Origin: Dipteris shenzhenensis | Taxonomy: Eukaryota | DNA: 64,000 nucleotides | Reading direction: 5' to 3' (one strand) | Assembly (NCBI GenBank): GCA_047967505.1 | Contig: CM106538.1 | Shown here: positions 38,401-50,771 of the stretch, in pieces | Layout of the letters: each line of letters begins with the position of its first letter | Position numbering within the stretch: the stretch's first letter is position 1 | Notes under the pieces: model-generated | What the model was told of the DNA's origin: nothing | What the model saw: the letters and a program-made list of their open reading frames with translations, nothing else | Databases searched by the model: none | Translations under genes and position numbers: made by a program

Positions 38401-38852
38401 CTCTCTTCAGGAGGTACCACATATTCCTTTCAGAGCTTCACATGTTTCAGTGGACACCTCTTGGGAGATTTTGGCTAGCATTTCCTCTTGGCGCATTTGG
38501 AGAGCCAGATGCACAGAGGCCTTGGATGGCACCCAGATACACCCATCAAAGGTGTTCACAGGTATTTGGAGTGACACACTTCACACTTTGATAGCCATAT
38601 GGGCTAACATGCAGGGCCCTTAACGGGCAGCCTCTTCTAGGAGGACTGTATTTCTTCGAGTTTGGAGGGTTCTTCCTTTTTCTCTGAGGTTGCTACCGGA
38701 TTGAGATGGCACTATCAGCCCCAATCCTTTCTTTTTGGCTCTTGATCTTTTCATGCATTGCATGGTGTATCCCATATTCCCGTATGGAGCTTGCTCTAAC
38801 AGTTTTCTTTAATACTTAATAGAAGTCTCTTTTTTGGGGGAAAAAAAAAAAA
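32413..38852 (+). mobile_element. Full-length degenerate L1-type LINE, family B copy 2
   Basis: Same architecture as copy 1 (C-rich leader, ORF1, APE, RT, zf-RVT); ends ATACTTAATAGAAGTC...A12. Confidence 0.93.
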
Positions 38853-41800
38853 GCTTTGTCCCACAAACAAAGGGGGTCTCAATATCATAGACCCAGACTT
38901 ACAGTGCAGGGCATTGCTTTGCAAATTTGTGGTAAGGGGACTTAAGCCTGGGCAAGAGCCTTGGAAGGATTTCTTTATTCAATGCATACAAGCATGTATC
39001 TCTTCTTCAGGCATAGACTAGATAGGCAGCACCAGATGGATTTTTACTTCAGCCCCTCTCGGGTATCCTTCCTCTCCTCTTATAGCTACCATTCTGAAAG
39101 CTTGGATCAGCTTCAGAAATACTCTTCGGAGGATTCCCCAAATTTATATGAAAGAGATTGATAGGAAGCTTGTCATGTGGAATGATAGCATACTCGATGA
39201 GCATGGCAGACCACTAAGCCCTTCATATTATATGTAGTGGTCTAGATGGGACATCTTCTGTAGGATCCTAGAAAGCCTTCAAAAAGCTTCCGGAGGATCG
39301 TAAAATGCTAGTAAGTCATCTCAGAGGAAGCACAGGGAGGATACAGCAGATTGATGCAGCCATTCCAATGGACTCGATTGAGACGGATGATATGCTTATT
39401 TCATGTTCCACTTGGATGGGAGCTTTCATAGGTTTGGGCATTCCAATTCAGGTTATTGCTTTGCCACAATCACATGCGAATACCTTGGTTTTTGAGTCTA
39501 CATGGGAGGCAAGCTGTCCAAATCTTCAGATGATGTTCTACTAGAGATTGCATTTCAGCCTATTAGGGTCATTGGTTTTGTAGAGTATGGCTCGGATTCT
39601 CAGTAGTACCTAGGACCTTGACCCACTTCTCTGGGCCTTGGGTTCATGGAGATTGTGGCTCTATGGTGGGGCCCCAATAAAGTATTTACAGTGCAACCTA
39701 GAAGAGTGGGAATGGATTGATGAGGGGCATCGAGAGAAGAGCTTCCTCTTCTTTCATTACACTGTAAGTAACGCAGGGGGTTTTTTTTTTTAAAGGAAAA
39801 AAAGGATTATATTATATAGATTCAGAAGATATACAATCATGATAAAAAATACACTTACAGCAGAAGTACTGCTTATCCAGAGACTGACATCCAGTTATCT
39901 ATCAAAAGGAGACAAGGAGATCAATCTGAGTCGGATAATAGATGGCTCCTTTGAACTGGCATTCTTTGTTAAAAGACTTGAGGTGCTCTTGTTCATGATC
40001 TTGAATCTATGAAAAGAAGCGTTCCAGGCCACTGTCATAAATCCGGGATGCCTCCAAACCATTCAGAAAACAAATGTTCCGTGTTAGTAATATTCGAGTT
40101 AAACTGAAATTCATTTCTGCAAACAAACCACAAGGCATGTGCCCGAAAAAGTGCCCAGTGTGAGTGGTTGCCCCAAGAAGTATTGCTTTTCAATTCACTG
40201 GCTCTCCTAGCTGCATCTGCACACTTTTCCAGACTTTCCTGGCCGATGGGTATGCCACGAATAAATGAAAGACATCCTCTTGGGATCCTGGGCAGCGTTG
40301 ACATTTGCCATCACCTTTTCCAATTCTCAGCCCCCTTACATTGGTCCACACTGCCTTATGCATGATGAGCCAGAGCAAGGTTGACATCTTCTCAGGAATA
40401 GCTTTTGACCAGATATACAGGAATCTCCGCTTCCAATACTAAGCCGAGTCAGAGGTGTTCCAACAAGCAATCAGGATAGGGATCATGTCTCCTATATCAT
40501 CAAAGGGCGTAGCACAGGAAGCAGGCGGGGGGAGAGGATCCAACTAAAAACAGATGGGCACAATCTGACACTGAAAACAATGACTTTATTTGTGACCATT
40601 TTAAGAACCTGTTGTCTAGTACTATGCAGTTAGATGAAGAAGTGGTACGAGCAAGGAACAAATGCCAGGCTACAAGACAAGTAGTCACGGGTCTAGATCT
40701 TTAGAGTTTGGAGGCCCCTCTTTCTTTGAAGGAACTCAAGGAAGCGGTGCCGGTCATGAAGGACGGCAAAACCCATGGAGAGGACAGTCTTCTTGTTGAG
40801 TTTTACAAATCTATTTGGAATTGTGTAGGCCCCAAACTCCTTGAGGTTTGGCACGAAAGTGTTTCTACCTCATCTCTTCCTGAACACTTGAACACTGGTA
40901 TAATCAAGCTGATTCCCAAAGAAGGCAGGAAGGACTTGATAAAAAATTGGAGACCTCTAACCATGCTTAACTGCAGCTACAAAATCTTCGCCAAAGCTTT
41001 GGCCCTAAGGATTCAACACAAGATGGACAGATGGATCTTGCAGGAACAGAAGGGTTTTATAAAAGGAAGGCACCTCCTGGAGGCTATTATAAACATCTGG
41101 GAAGGCTGTGAACATGCTAGGAAGTCGATCTGCTTTATCAAAATAGATTTCGATAAAGCCTTTGACAGGCTTTATCAAAATAGATTTCGATAAAGCTTTT
41201 GACAGGCTTGATTGAGAATTCCTAACTCAATCCATGAGAGATATGGGACTTGGTCCAAATTTCACCTCTTCGGTCAAACTTTTGCTCTCAAATGCCTCAG
41301 CCAAGGTGTGCATCAATGGTGAGATGTCTTCACCTTTCTTGTTGAGAAGATCGATTAGACAAGGCTGCCCCATTGCCCCTCTCCTCTATGCCATTGTTGC
41401 TGATGCTTTGGGCTGGTTGCTCATCGACAAAGCTTATGATGGCGTGGTCGAAGGCATTGAACTGCCTTCTGGAAAGCAGCTGGTTATGCATAAATTTGCA
41501 GACGATACTAATCTCACGCCTAGGAACACCACTCGAGACGTACGAGAGGTAAAAGAGTGTCTGGAAACTTACTGTACAGCTTCTGGTTCTCTCATCAACC
41601 ACAACAAACCGGGATATTGCACTCTCAGTGGAAGGCCACAAGATGACATAGAGCGCCTGGGTTGTCTAGTGATTCCGAAAGATATGGTATTCAGATTGCT
41701 TGGCATACCCATGGGTTTCGAAGTATCCATGAAGGGCTGGTGGGACTGGGTGCTAAACAAATTCAGCGCCAAGCTGGAAAAGTGAGAGGATTTCAAGCCA

Positions 41801-42529
41801 ACCTGGTGGGAAGGCAAATGGTTCTTAATCATTGCGTGTACCCTATTACTATCTTTTACTTATCTTGTTGGCACCCAAGTCAGGCAGGGTTGGATAAACT
41901 GATCTCCAAATGCAGATCTTTCCTTTGGGGTGGAACAAACAGGATCGCCAAAGTCAGATGGAGCTTCTATACTAGACCCAAGAGTGAAGGAGGACTAGGA
42001 GTAGTGGACATCAAATAGGCAACGGCAAAACTGGCTGCAACCTGGATTATTAAAGCACTCCTAAGCCTTGATCTTGATTGGGTGATGCTTCCAGCAAGCA
42101 ATTTCAAACACGTCAGATGATTCAAAGCCAAGGGGTGGAAAAGATACTCAATTCTTTCTGTCGTTTTTTGCCCGGAACCCTGCTCTACAAAAGGAGGTGC
42201 CTTGTGGAAATCTCTTTGGACCGCTCTCGAGTCTATCAAAACTCAGCTCCCGTTCTCCGAGAAAGGTTCTTTTATGCACCTGGATTCCATCTGGACCTCC
42301 GCAATACACAGAAATGCTTTACTCCAGCAATGAAGACTTCCTCAAAGCTTGCTTTCTATTTAACAAGGGCCTTCAATCTTGGGGGTAGTTGTGACGCAGT
42401 GGCCCATTCAGATGGAAAAGTATGCTCGACATCAGACGGGAATTCAGACTCACTAATCAAGACGATCTTTTTGTCACTACTAGATTAGCACTTTGGGAAG
42501 GAACCATACAATGGAAGGGGAGCACGGTT

Positions 42530-45500
42530 CTTAAATACGCATTGTTCTTTGCAGTGATAGCCTTGAGGCTTTTGGATTTTCAGGTCTTTTTCAGCGTATC
42601 ACATTTGCAATGGCTGGGAACAATCATGATCTATTTGGCATTCTTCGTGAAGATGATAAGTTGGACGGCACCAACTATCCGATGTGGTCTTATCTCATGA
42701 AACATATTCTTGTTGCAAAGCATTTATGGAATATTGTTTCTGGGGTTGATCTGAGGCTAGTCAATGCTACAGTGGTTGCATCTACTGCTGGTCCCTCTGC
42801 AGAGGGTACTCCTCCTGATGCCTTATCTTCTAGCACCTCTACTGCTGCTCCCCCAATTCAGGAACAATCAAGATGGGATGCAAGAGACGCAAATGCACAT
42901 TCCTGTATTACTTTATCATGCAAGAGAATCATTATTCCACACACCGGTCTTGCAGGACAGCAAAGGATGCTTGGGACAAATTGGCTTCTCTTTTTCAGAT
43001 TCGCAATGAGGCACGTGTTGCATTTTTAAGAAGACAATTGCAGGAAGTCAGTATGAATGAAGGTGACTCTATGGATGCATACCTGACGAAGGTCAAGGAC
43101 CTCATGGAACAACTTGCAAATATTGATGAGGTGGTGCCAAATTCTCAGCTTGTCAGTACCACATTGAATGGATTGCCAGATTCATATCAAGGGTTTGCTA
43201 CAACCCTTCGGTTAGTGGCCATGGGTAATCCAGACCACTACTCTTTTGATCAGCTAGTTACTTTGCTTTTGCAGGAAGAGCAAAGTCATGCTAATAGACG
43301 AGCCATTATTCCTGATCATGCATTTGCTTCACAGCAGACAGGAAGAGGCAAGGCTTCCAAGTCTATGGGCAAGCCTAAATGTGCGCATAGCAATGGCAAT
43401 TCCTCCAATGCATCTAAAAATACAGCAGATAAGTTAAAGAAGAAAAGATGCAACTATTGTCGCAAGCCTAGACATGACATTTCAGACTGCAGGAAGCACA
43501 TTGCTTCGGAGAAAAAGAAAGCAAGATTGACAGTTAATGCCTCACATGCAATTAAATCCCACGAGCCAGCAGATGCTTCACATGCACATGCTCTCCAAGA
43601 TGATTGAGCATGGGCTGTCCATTGTTCATTTCATCCCTCCAAAGTTGATGCACTCTTTACTGCTAATGATGCTCAGTCTTGGTATTTTGATAGTGGTGCT
43701 TCCAAGCACGTCACATCTTCCAGACAGTTGTTTCATTCTTTAGCTGATGCACCTCGAGGGGGGACTGTCACATGTGCTAATAATGCTTCCTATGCTGTAA
43801 AAGGAATTGGAGATGTGCAACTCACATCCATTTCAAATCATCCTGTCACTTTGACAAATGTAGTCAACTTGATTTCAATTTTAGCAATTGCCACTTCAGG
43901 GTTCAGAGTGATTTTTTATGGCCACAGATGCCTAGTTTATGATCTTCGTGATGACAATGCCATAGTTCTCACTGGCACTTTGCAAAAGGGACTTTATCAC
44001 CTTGATCATCACTCAACTGCACTTTCTATTGAAGCATTTGCTATTTCAGATTCACAGCTTGCTGAAACTCATCTTTGGCATGAAAGAATGGGTCATCTCA
44101 ATTATAGAGCTCTTGCAAAGCTACATTCATAGCAGATGGCAAGGGTTGTCTTTTGGGTAAGATGCATCGGTTTCCTTTTCAATAGAATTGTCCAAAACTC
44201 TCACAAAGCAAATTGCAGCTAGTACACAGTGATGTCTGTGGCCCAATGAAGACAACTTCCATTGGAGGGTACAAATATTTCATGACTCTCATTGATGAAT
44301 TCACAAGATATTGCTGAGTATATCCTTTAAAAGCCAAATCTGAAGTATTCTTATGCTTTCAGAGGTGGCTGAATATGGTTGAGAATGAATTAGGATGCAA
44401 GCTTGTCACCCTCAACACAAATAGGGGAGGAGAGTATATGTCAAAGGAGTTTGATGCATTTCTGTCTTCACGGGGCATTGTTCACTCATGCGCACTACTC
44501 CTTACACTCCTCAGCAAAATCATGTTCCTGAAAGGAAAAACAGGTCTACTATGGAGATGGCCAGATGCATGCTTAAGGCCAAGTCCTTGCCCAATAAATT
44601 TTGGCTTGATGCAATAATGTGTGCCAACTATGTGCTGAATAGATCACCTACAAGGGCATTAAAGATTGTTACACCTTATGAAGCATGGAAAAGGCAGGAA
44701 GCCTTCACTTTCACACATGAGAGTTTTTGGGTCTCTTGCATATGTTCATGTACCATCTCAGCTGAGACATAAGCTTGATGACAAGGCAATCAAATGCATA
44801 TTCATTGGTTACAGCCAGGAGAGCAGAGGGTATAGGTTATACCAACCAAATATTGGGAAGATTATTGTCAGTAGAGATGTCATTTTTGCTGAACATTCGG
44901 CTTCTCCTCTTGTGGACTGCAAAGCTAAGCCAGAAGTTGACATGTTTGATGCCTTTGAATCTTGGTTACCTCTGCCATCCTCAGAAGAGGACTTTGACCA
45001 GCAACATGAGCCTCCTACAGGCCCTCCATTAAGCAATGGTCAGCCAATACCCCATGCTGATTTGCAAGTTTCTCTTCCAGCACAAAACAATCCCACTATT
45101 CATGATGCAATGATTGAAGAAAGAGCTGTCAATAGACAGCACAGGCAAGTTCCCAGATGGCTTCTTGATACATTGAGGGACAGCAAACAAGATCAGCCTT
45201 TTGCTGCCCGGACAAGATCAGGGAATAGACAGATGCATGGTCATTTTCTTGAGTTTGTACTCCTTGCTACAGCTTGCAATGAAGAGCCTATCGATGTGGA
45301 ACCCTAGTCTCACAAACCATCTGTGAGTTTGTGCATACCGCCATAAAGATGCTTTTGACAGCAAAGAGTAAATGGATGCAATGAAAGCTGAGTTACAATC
45401 CATTGCAAAAAATGACACATGGGAATTAGTAGATCTCCCCCCCGGCAAGCATGCCATTGGTACCCGGTGGGTCTACGAATTAAAAAGGAAATCTGATGGC

Positions 45501-47170
45501 AGTATAGATCGACACAAAGCCCATCTTGTTGCAAAAGCGTATGCCCAACAACAAGGCATTGACTTTGAGGAGACATTTGCTCCCACATCCAGGATTACTA
45601 CCATTAGATGTGTCATTGCCATTGCAACCCATCATCATTGGCAAGTGCACCAGCTTGACATCAAAACTGCTTTTCTTCATGGGGATCTGCAGGAAGAAGT
45701 CTATGTCACACAACCTCCTAGCTAGTCTATGTCACACAACCTCCTAGCTTTGAGGTTGTTAATTCTGAAAACAAGGTATGCCGGCTTAGAAAAGCCCTTT
45801 ATGGTTTGAAGCAGGCACCCAGGGCATGGTATGCCAAAATTCATGCACACTTACTATCCCTTGGTTTTCAGAATAGCCCCACAGAACCCACTCTTTATGT
45901 TTGTGGGAGTGGATCTGATTTTTTAGTGCTGATTTTATATGTGGATGATATGCTCATCACAGGCCCAGATACTTAGTATATTGCAGCTTTCAAGACTGAT
46001 TTGCAGCAGATTTTTGAAATGTCAGACAGCTCCACTATTGGGCATTCATTTTGCTCATGTTGAGGGGGTTATCATGATGTCACAGTGCAAGTATATTGGA
46101 CAGCTCCTTAATCGTTTTCAATTCGAGGATTGCAAGCCAATCTCTACTCCAATGGACCCTGGCTTCAAATTCTCAGCTCATGATGGGAGCCCACCATGTG
46201 ATATCACTCTTTATTAGCAGGCTGTTGGATGCCTTATTTATTTATGTCACACCAGACCTGACTTACAGTATGCAGTATCTCAGCTCAGCAGATTCATGCA
46301 CATGCCCAGCTCACAGCATTGGCAGGCAGTGAAGAGAGTTTTCAGATATCTCAAAGGCACTCAAAATTTAGCCCTCTTCTATGGTGATCAGGGCTCACTT
46401 ACCATGCATGCTTACACGGATAGTGACTGGGTAGGTTGTTCCGACACGAGAGTGTCACATACCGGCAACTGTTTTTTGCTTGGAAATTCATGTATCTCTT
46501 GGCTTAGCAAGAAGCAACCAACAGTTGCCACATCTAGCAGTGAGGTTGAGTACAGGAGAGCTTTCACCGCTACAGTAGAGTGTGTTTGGCTTCGACAGTT
46601 ACTTACAGATCTTGGTATTCGCCAGACATCCTCCACTATGGTCTACACTAACAACTAGAGTGCTTTGGCCATTGCGCGTAACCCAGTGTTTCATGCGCGT
46701 ACCAAGCATATTGAAGTTCACTATCATTATGTTCGAGAGCGGTTGTCAGCAGGAGACATAGAGTTGTCCTATCTTCCCACAAAGGACAACATAACAGATC
46801 TGTTGACAAAGGCACTTCCTCGTCCCAAGTTCGAAGTCTTCTGCTAGGCTTTACACTTGGTTCCCTTTGTTACGTGATCTGACATACCTTGTACATTCAT
46901 AGGTGGCTATATCCTTTTGGATAAACATGTGCCACCATGATCAGAAAATACCAGGTATTCTGAGATGTTTCCAGAATACTTACAGCCCATACCATGGAGG
47001 GGGGTTTGTAGGCCATCTTCTCCCAGTTCTAGTGATTATGCCACATAGGACACTTAGTCTTATGTGACACCTAGGACACTTAGTCCTAGGGTCTAGGTAC
47101 AAGTACTATGTACTTTTCTTTACACTAAACTAGTTGACGTGATGGCTGTGACTCTTCGACTCTTTGTACC
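42530..47170 (+). mobile_element. Ty1/copia element lacking its 5' LTR (gag-PR-INT-RT-RNase H, PPT, partial 3' LTR from 47007); same family as 3195-6423
   Basis: High nucleotide similarity to 3195-5520; QLDIKTAFLHG, YVDD, YTDSDW, ARTKHIEV; PPT GGAGGGGGG followed by TGTAGGCCATCTTCTCCC. Confidence 0.93.
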
Positions 47171-47189
47171 TTGCACTTGCTCTTTCATT

Positions 47190-48577
47190 CAACGATCCTA
47201 CAGGCCTGGCCTTAGAACCTGAAACAATATGCCATAGATTCTTGGCAACCAAAACATGTCCCATCATGTATGACCACATGGGGTAATTGGTGCCATCAAG
47301 CTTGCAATCAGCCCCAAGCATACCAAAAAGATCATCCTTGTGGCTAGCCATTAATGCAAATGGAGATCAAATACCACAACTGACAAAGGCAATACTAGTG
47401 ACTGCACAACCTCAAGGCTTTCAACTGCAAATGTATCTTGCTGTGCCAAAGAAATATGCTGAATGAGTAGCAAATACTCAGCGCAAGGAGGTGAAAACCT
47501 TAATGAAAAAGGTACAGCAAATGCACAGCAGCACCCTGAGGTAAAAAAACTATCAGCCCGAGATGAAAAATCAGCAAATTTGAAGTCCCAAATGCAAGGA
47601 GAAGCTCCAAGACAGCAAGGCGGCTGAAGTAGAGCGTCAAATGTGCAACATCCAGTCCCAAAAGCCAAAACCGGTGATCTTAAAGGCTCCAAAATGCAGC
47701 AGCAGGGACCAAACTCCAAGGTCTATGGATATAGGTGCCCCGAAATGCTGTAGTAGACTCCCAGACTGAAAGTTGATGCTGTAGGTGCCTTGAGAGTGGT
47801 CAGGCTGATGCTTAATGCCAAAATTGGCTACTATATATGCTCCAAAGGCTGGCACACTTCACAAGGTAGCACCACCCTGCACTGTATAGGCTGCAAAGAC
47901 CTCCGTACAACTCTGTACAGTCAATAAATACCCCGTACAGCAGTCCGTACTGTGTACGGACCTACACATGTGAATTTACTTGCAGTAAATGACCCGTACA
48001 GCGCCGTATAAGCAGTAAATGAGGCTGCCTGCAGTCCGTACAGGCAGCGGATTTCCGTACAGTCTCACGTGTGAGGCGGCTGCTGCAGAAACTGATCGAA
48101 GATGGCTGTAGGAGTAGGAAAGTGCAGCAAAATATACAGCAGATGCTCCAAAACAAAATCTTCCCGCGACGAAACTGCTTGGAGAGGCCTCGAATGTGCA
48201 CGCGTGTGGAAATGCACAGAAGAATGGGCTGACCAGCAAAGAAATAGGCTGTGCCAAACAGCTCCCAATGGCTCCAACAGAACTCCGGGTGGCTGGAAAT
48301 GGCTAGACTGATGGCTGTGACAAGCAATGGAAGCTTAGAAATGAGTGCAAGAAAGCAAAAAACGAGATGCTGTATTGAAAATGCTGCTACAACAAGTGTG
48401 GAGGCTCAAGGGGGCAAAACCCTAGGGCTAACTGTCCTAACTAGACTAAGTGTCCTAACTGACCTAGGTGGTATATGTACTAACTGTACTAATAGTCCTA
48501 ACTGACTATAACTAGGCCTACAAGGCACATACCAAGGAATAAGTGACACCTATGGATAGCCCATAGAATGGCCTACA
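47190..48577 (-). mobile_element. 5' fragment of a related copia element (LTR start, leader, first part of gag)
   Basis: Begins TGTAGGCCAT at 48577; gag MASHKDDLFG...KLDGTNYPMWSY; no PBS found (apparently deleted). Confidence 0.82.
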
Positions 48578-50771
48578 ATCCTTGGCCCATTCCTCTCCCG
48601 GTTCAAGCTTGGGAATGAGCTGAAGGTTGATTTTAGGAATCGGCTCTGAAAAGCCTCGAAAGTGTTTTAGGAATCAGCTCTGAAAAGCCTCGAAAGCTCG
48701 GGCTGAGGGATGCTATTATTTTTTGGTTTAGCCGGGCTACTTGGACGCACAGGAGCTTCCAGCTCTTTGGGAATCCACTTTTCCTTAGGAATCCGAGGAT
48801 GTTTAGTGTTCCCTTTGGGCTTGGTTCTCTTCAAGGGACAGTTCTTAACTGTATGGTCAGACAGACAACATAGAAAACATGAATTTGGCAAGTTCTTATA
48901 TAGAACATTTTGCTCTCTGATCACTCCACCCCTGCAATTGAGGATTACAATAGTTTCAGGTAGCTCTTCTACTAAATCTAGCTGTACGCACACTTGCAAG
49001 TTCCCCCTAGGATTAATGAACTGCTCTCTTTTGACACTTAACACTTCTCCTAAGCTGCTTCATATTAAAGCAGCTTGGTTACAAAATGAAAGTGGCAAGT
49101 CAGGCAGCTCTACCCAAACCGGGAGAATAGTGGACCTGGGGTTATCTAGGCTGAAAGACAGAGACCATTTATCCAGATACAGTGGTGGTTGATTACGCAA
49201 TGTCCAGAGACAACTCTTGAAGCATACTCAGCTTTTTCAAAAAGAAAAATGAAGTGCCCTCGTCAAAGGAAGCGGACATTGGTGACTATGTGACCTCTCC
49301 TACTCCAATTGGTTCGAAACCAGCTCTCAAGGAAAGCAGCCGAGGGACGCGGACCATGCAGGTATCCGACGAGTGCATGTGATTCAAGCCATTCGACAGA
49401 TTCTTCAAGAAGGTCTTCATCAACCTGTGCAAAAACAGCTTTACTTGGTTCAACAGTCGCCCTCTCTCTTGGAAGGCCTATGCTCGCCTCTTGAAATTCG
49501 TGTGGAGCTTTAGGTGTTCAAACTACAATCGCTGGGCTATCGAAGGTGGGGGCATCGAAGTCGTCTCTATGGGAGTTCTTGGAGGACAATGCACCATTTT
49601 CTTGGGTCGGCTTCGCAGATTTGGTTTGGGTCCTGTGCTTCGCTTCTTGTACTCCCTCTTGTCCGGGAGCTGCCAGAAGGTTTTGTCGTTCTCTGAAAGA
49701 AGCTAAGAAGAAGCCCCCTCTGCCTTGTTGAAGAACCCCCGCGTACGAGGAGCCAGATGTTGTAGCTTGTCTAGTGTGGCCAGCAGCCGGTGTTCTGGAG
49801 TGGAAATCACCACAACCTATTGACTTGCCCAACCTGTTTCCTCCCCGTCCTGAGATGGTAAAGGCGTTACCTCGTTTAGCGGTTCTTCCTTGGAAATCAG
49901 TAGGAGCTGACCATATTTCTTTTCTTTGGACATCTCTGACATTCTGCTGAGGTGGAGCAGGAAAGTTGTCGACTAGTGGAGGGAAGGAAGCAAGATCAGA
50001 GAAGTCAGGGCCTCTGCATTCCTTTCCAAAAGAAGGTCGAAGAGGCGAGGACACAGTCATATCATGCATGAGAAGAACGAAGGATTCTCTATGAGTGTCG
50101 CATGCGGCGAAGTGAACGTTGAGTGGGACAAATGGGTTGAGGGAAGGGATTCGTACTCGGGTCTGAGAGGAAGGAGAGGAAGCCTAGATTGCAAGGGACA
50201 CAGGTCACCATCACCATCTCCATCACCGTCCTCCATCGTTCCTTCCCTCCTCTCTTTTCTCTCCTCTCTTTTCCTACTCTTCTTTCTCTAGTAACGCAAG
50301 AGGTTTCAAATCAGTTGTAGAGGCTGGAGACCCTCCAGAGCTCCTCATTGGGAGAATTTGCATATTTCTGATGATTTGCAAAAAAACTTTTGAAAGAGGC
50401 TTTGAAAATCCCATAGGAATAGAAAAATCACTCTATTCTTTTGGCTTTCTATTCATGAAGGGATTGCAGTTAGCATGTGGAAACTCTACTTGTCCTTGTT
50501 GCCACTCTACGGTGGAATAAGTTCAGCATTGCTTATGGAATTGTAGACAAGAGAGGATTATCTAGAAAGGGATTGCTCAGATTTTCAGCACCTTTGCCCA
50601 CCATCCTTTCTTCATGACCTGGGGTTTGGTTGCTTGACTTTTCCTTTCAAGTCCTCAAGTATCTTACGAGAGGCATGACTCTTCTTCGGCTTTCTCGGTT
50701 CAGCGACACTTAGTTGAGTCATGCCTTCTAGATGATGTCTAACCTTGCCATTCAGAGCGGTACATCCTTCG

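Larger units (their letters stand above)
39781..50289 (-). mobile_element. Rearranged L1-type LINE (family C): ORF1 50069->~48600 (-), RT segment ~40530-42520 (+, inverted), 3' end ~40530->39781 (-) with poly(A)
   Basis: TSD AGTAACGCA(G/A)G(G/A)GG at 39767-39780 and 50290-50303; ORF1 knuckle CFLCCLSDHTVKNC; RT IRQGCPIAP and FADD; 3' C..C...ED..HLF. Confidence 0.8.
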
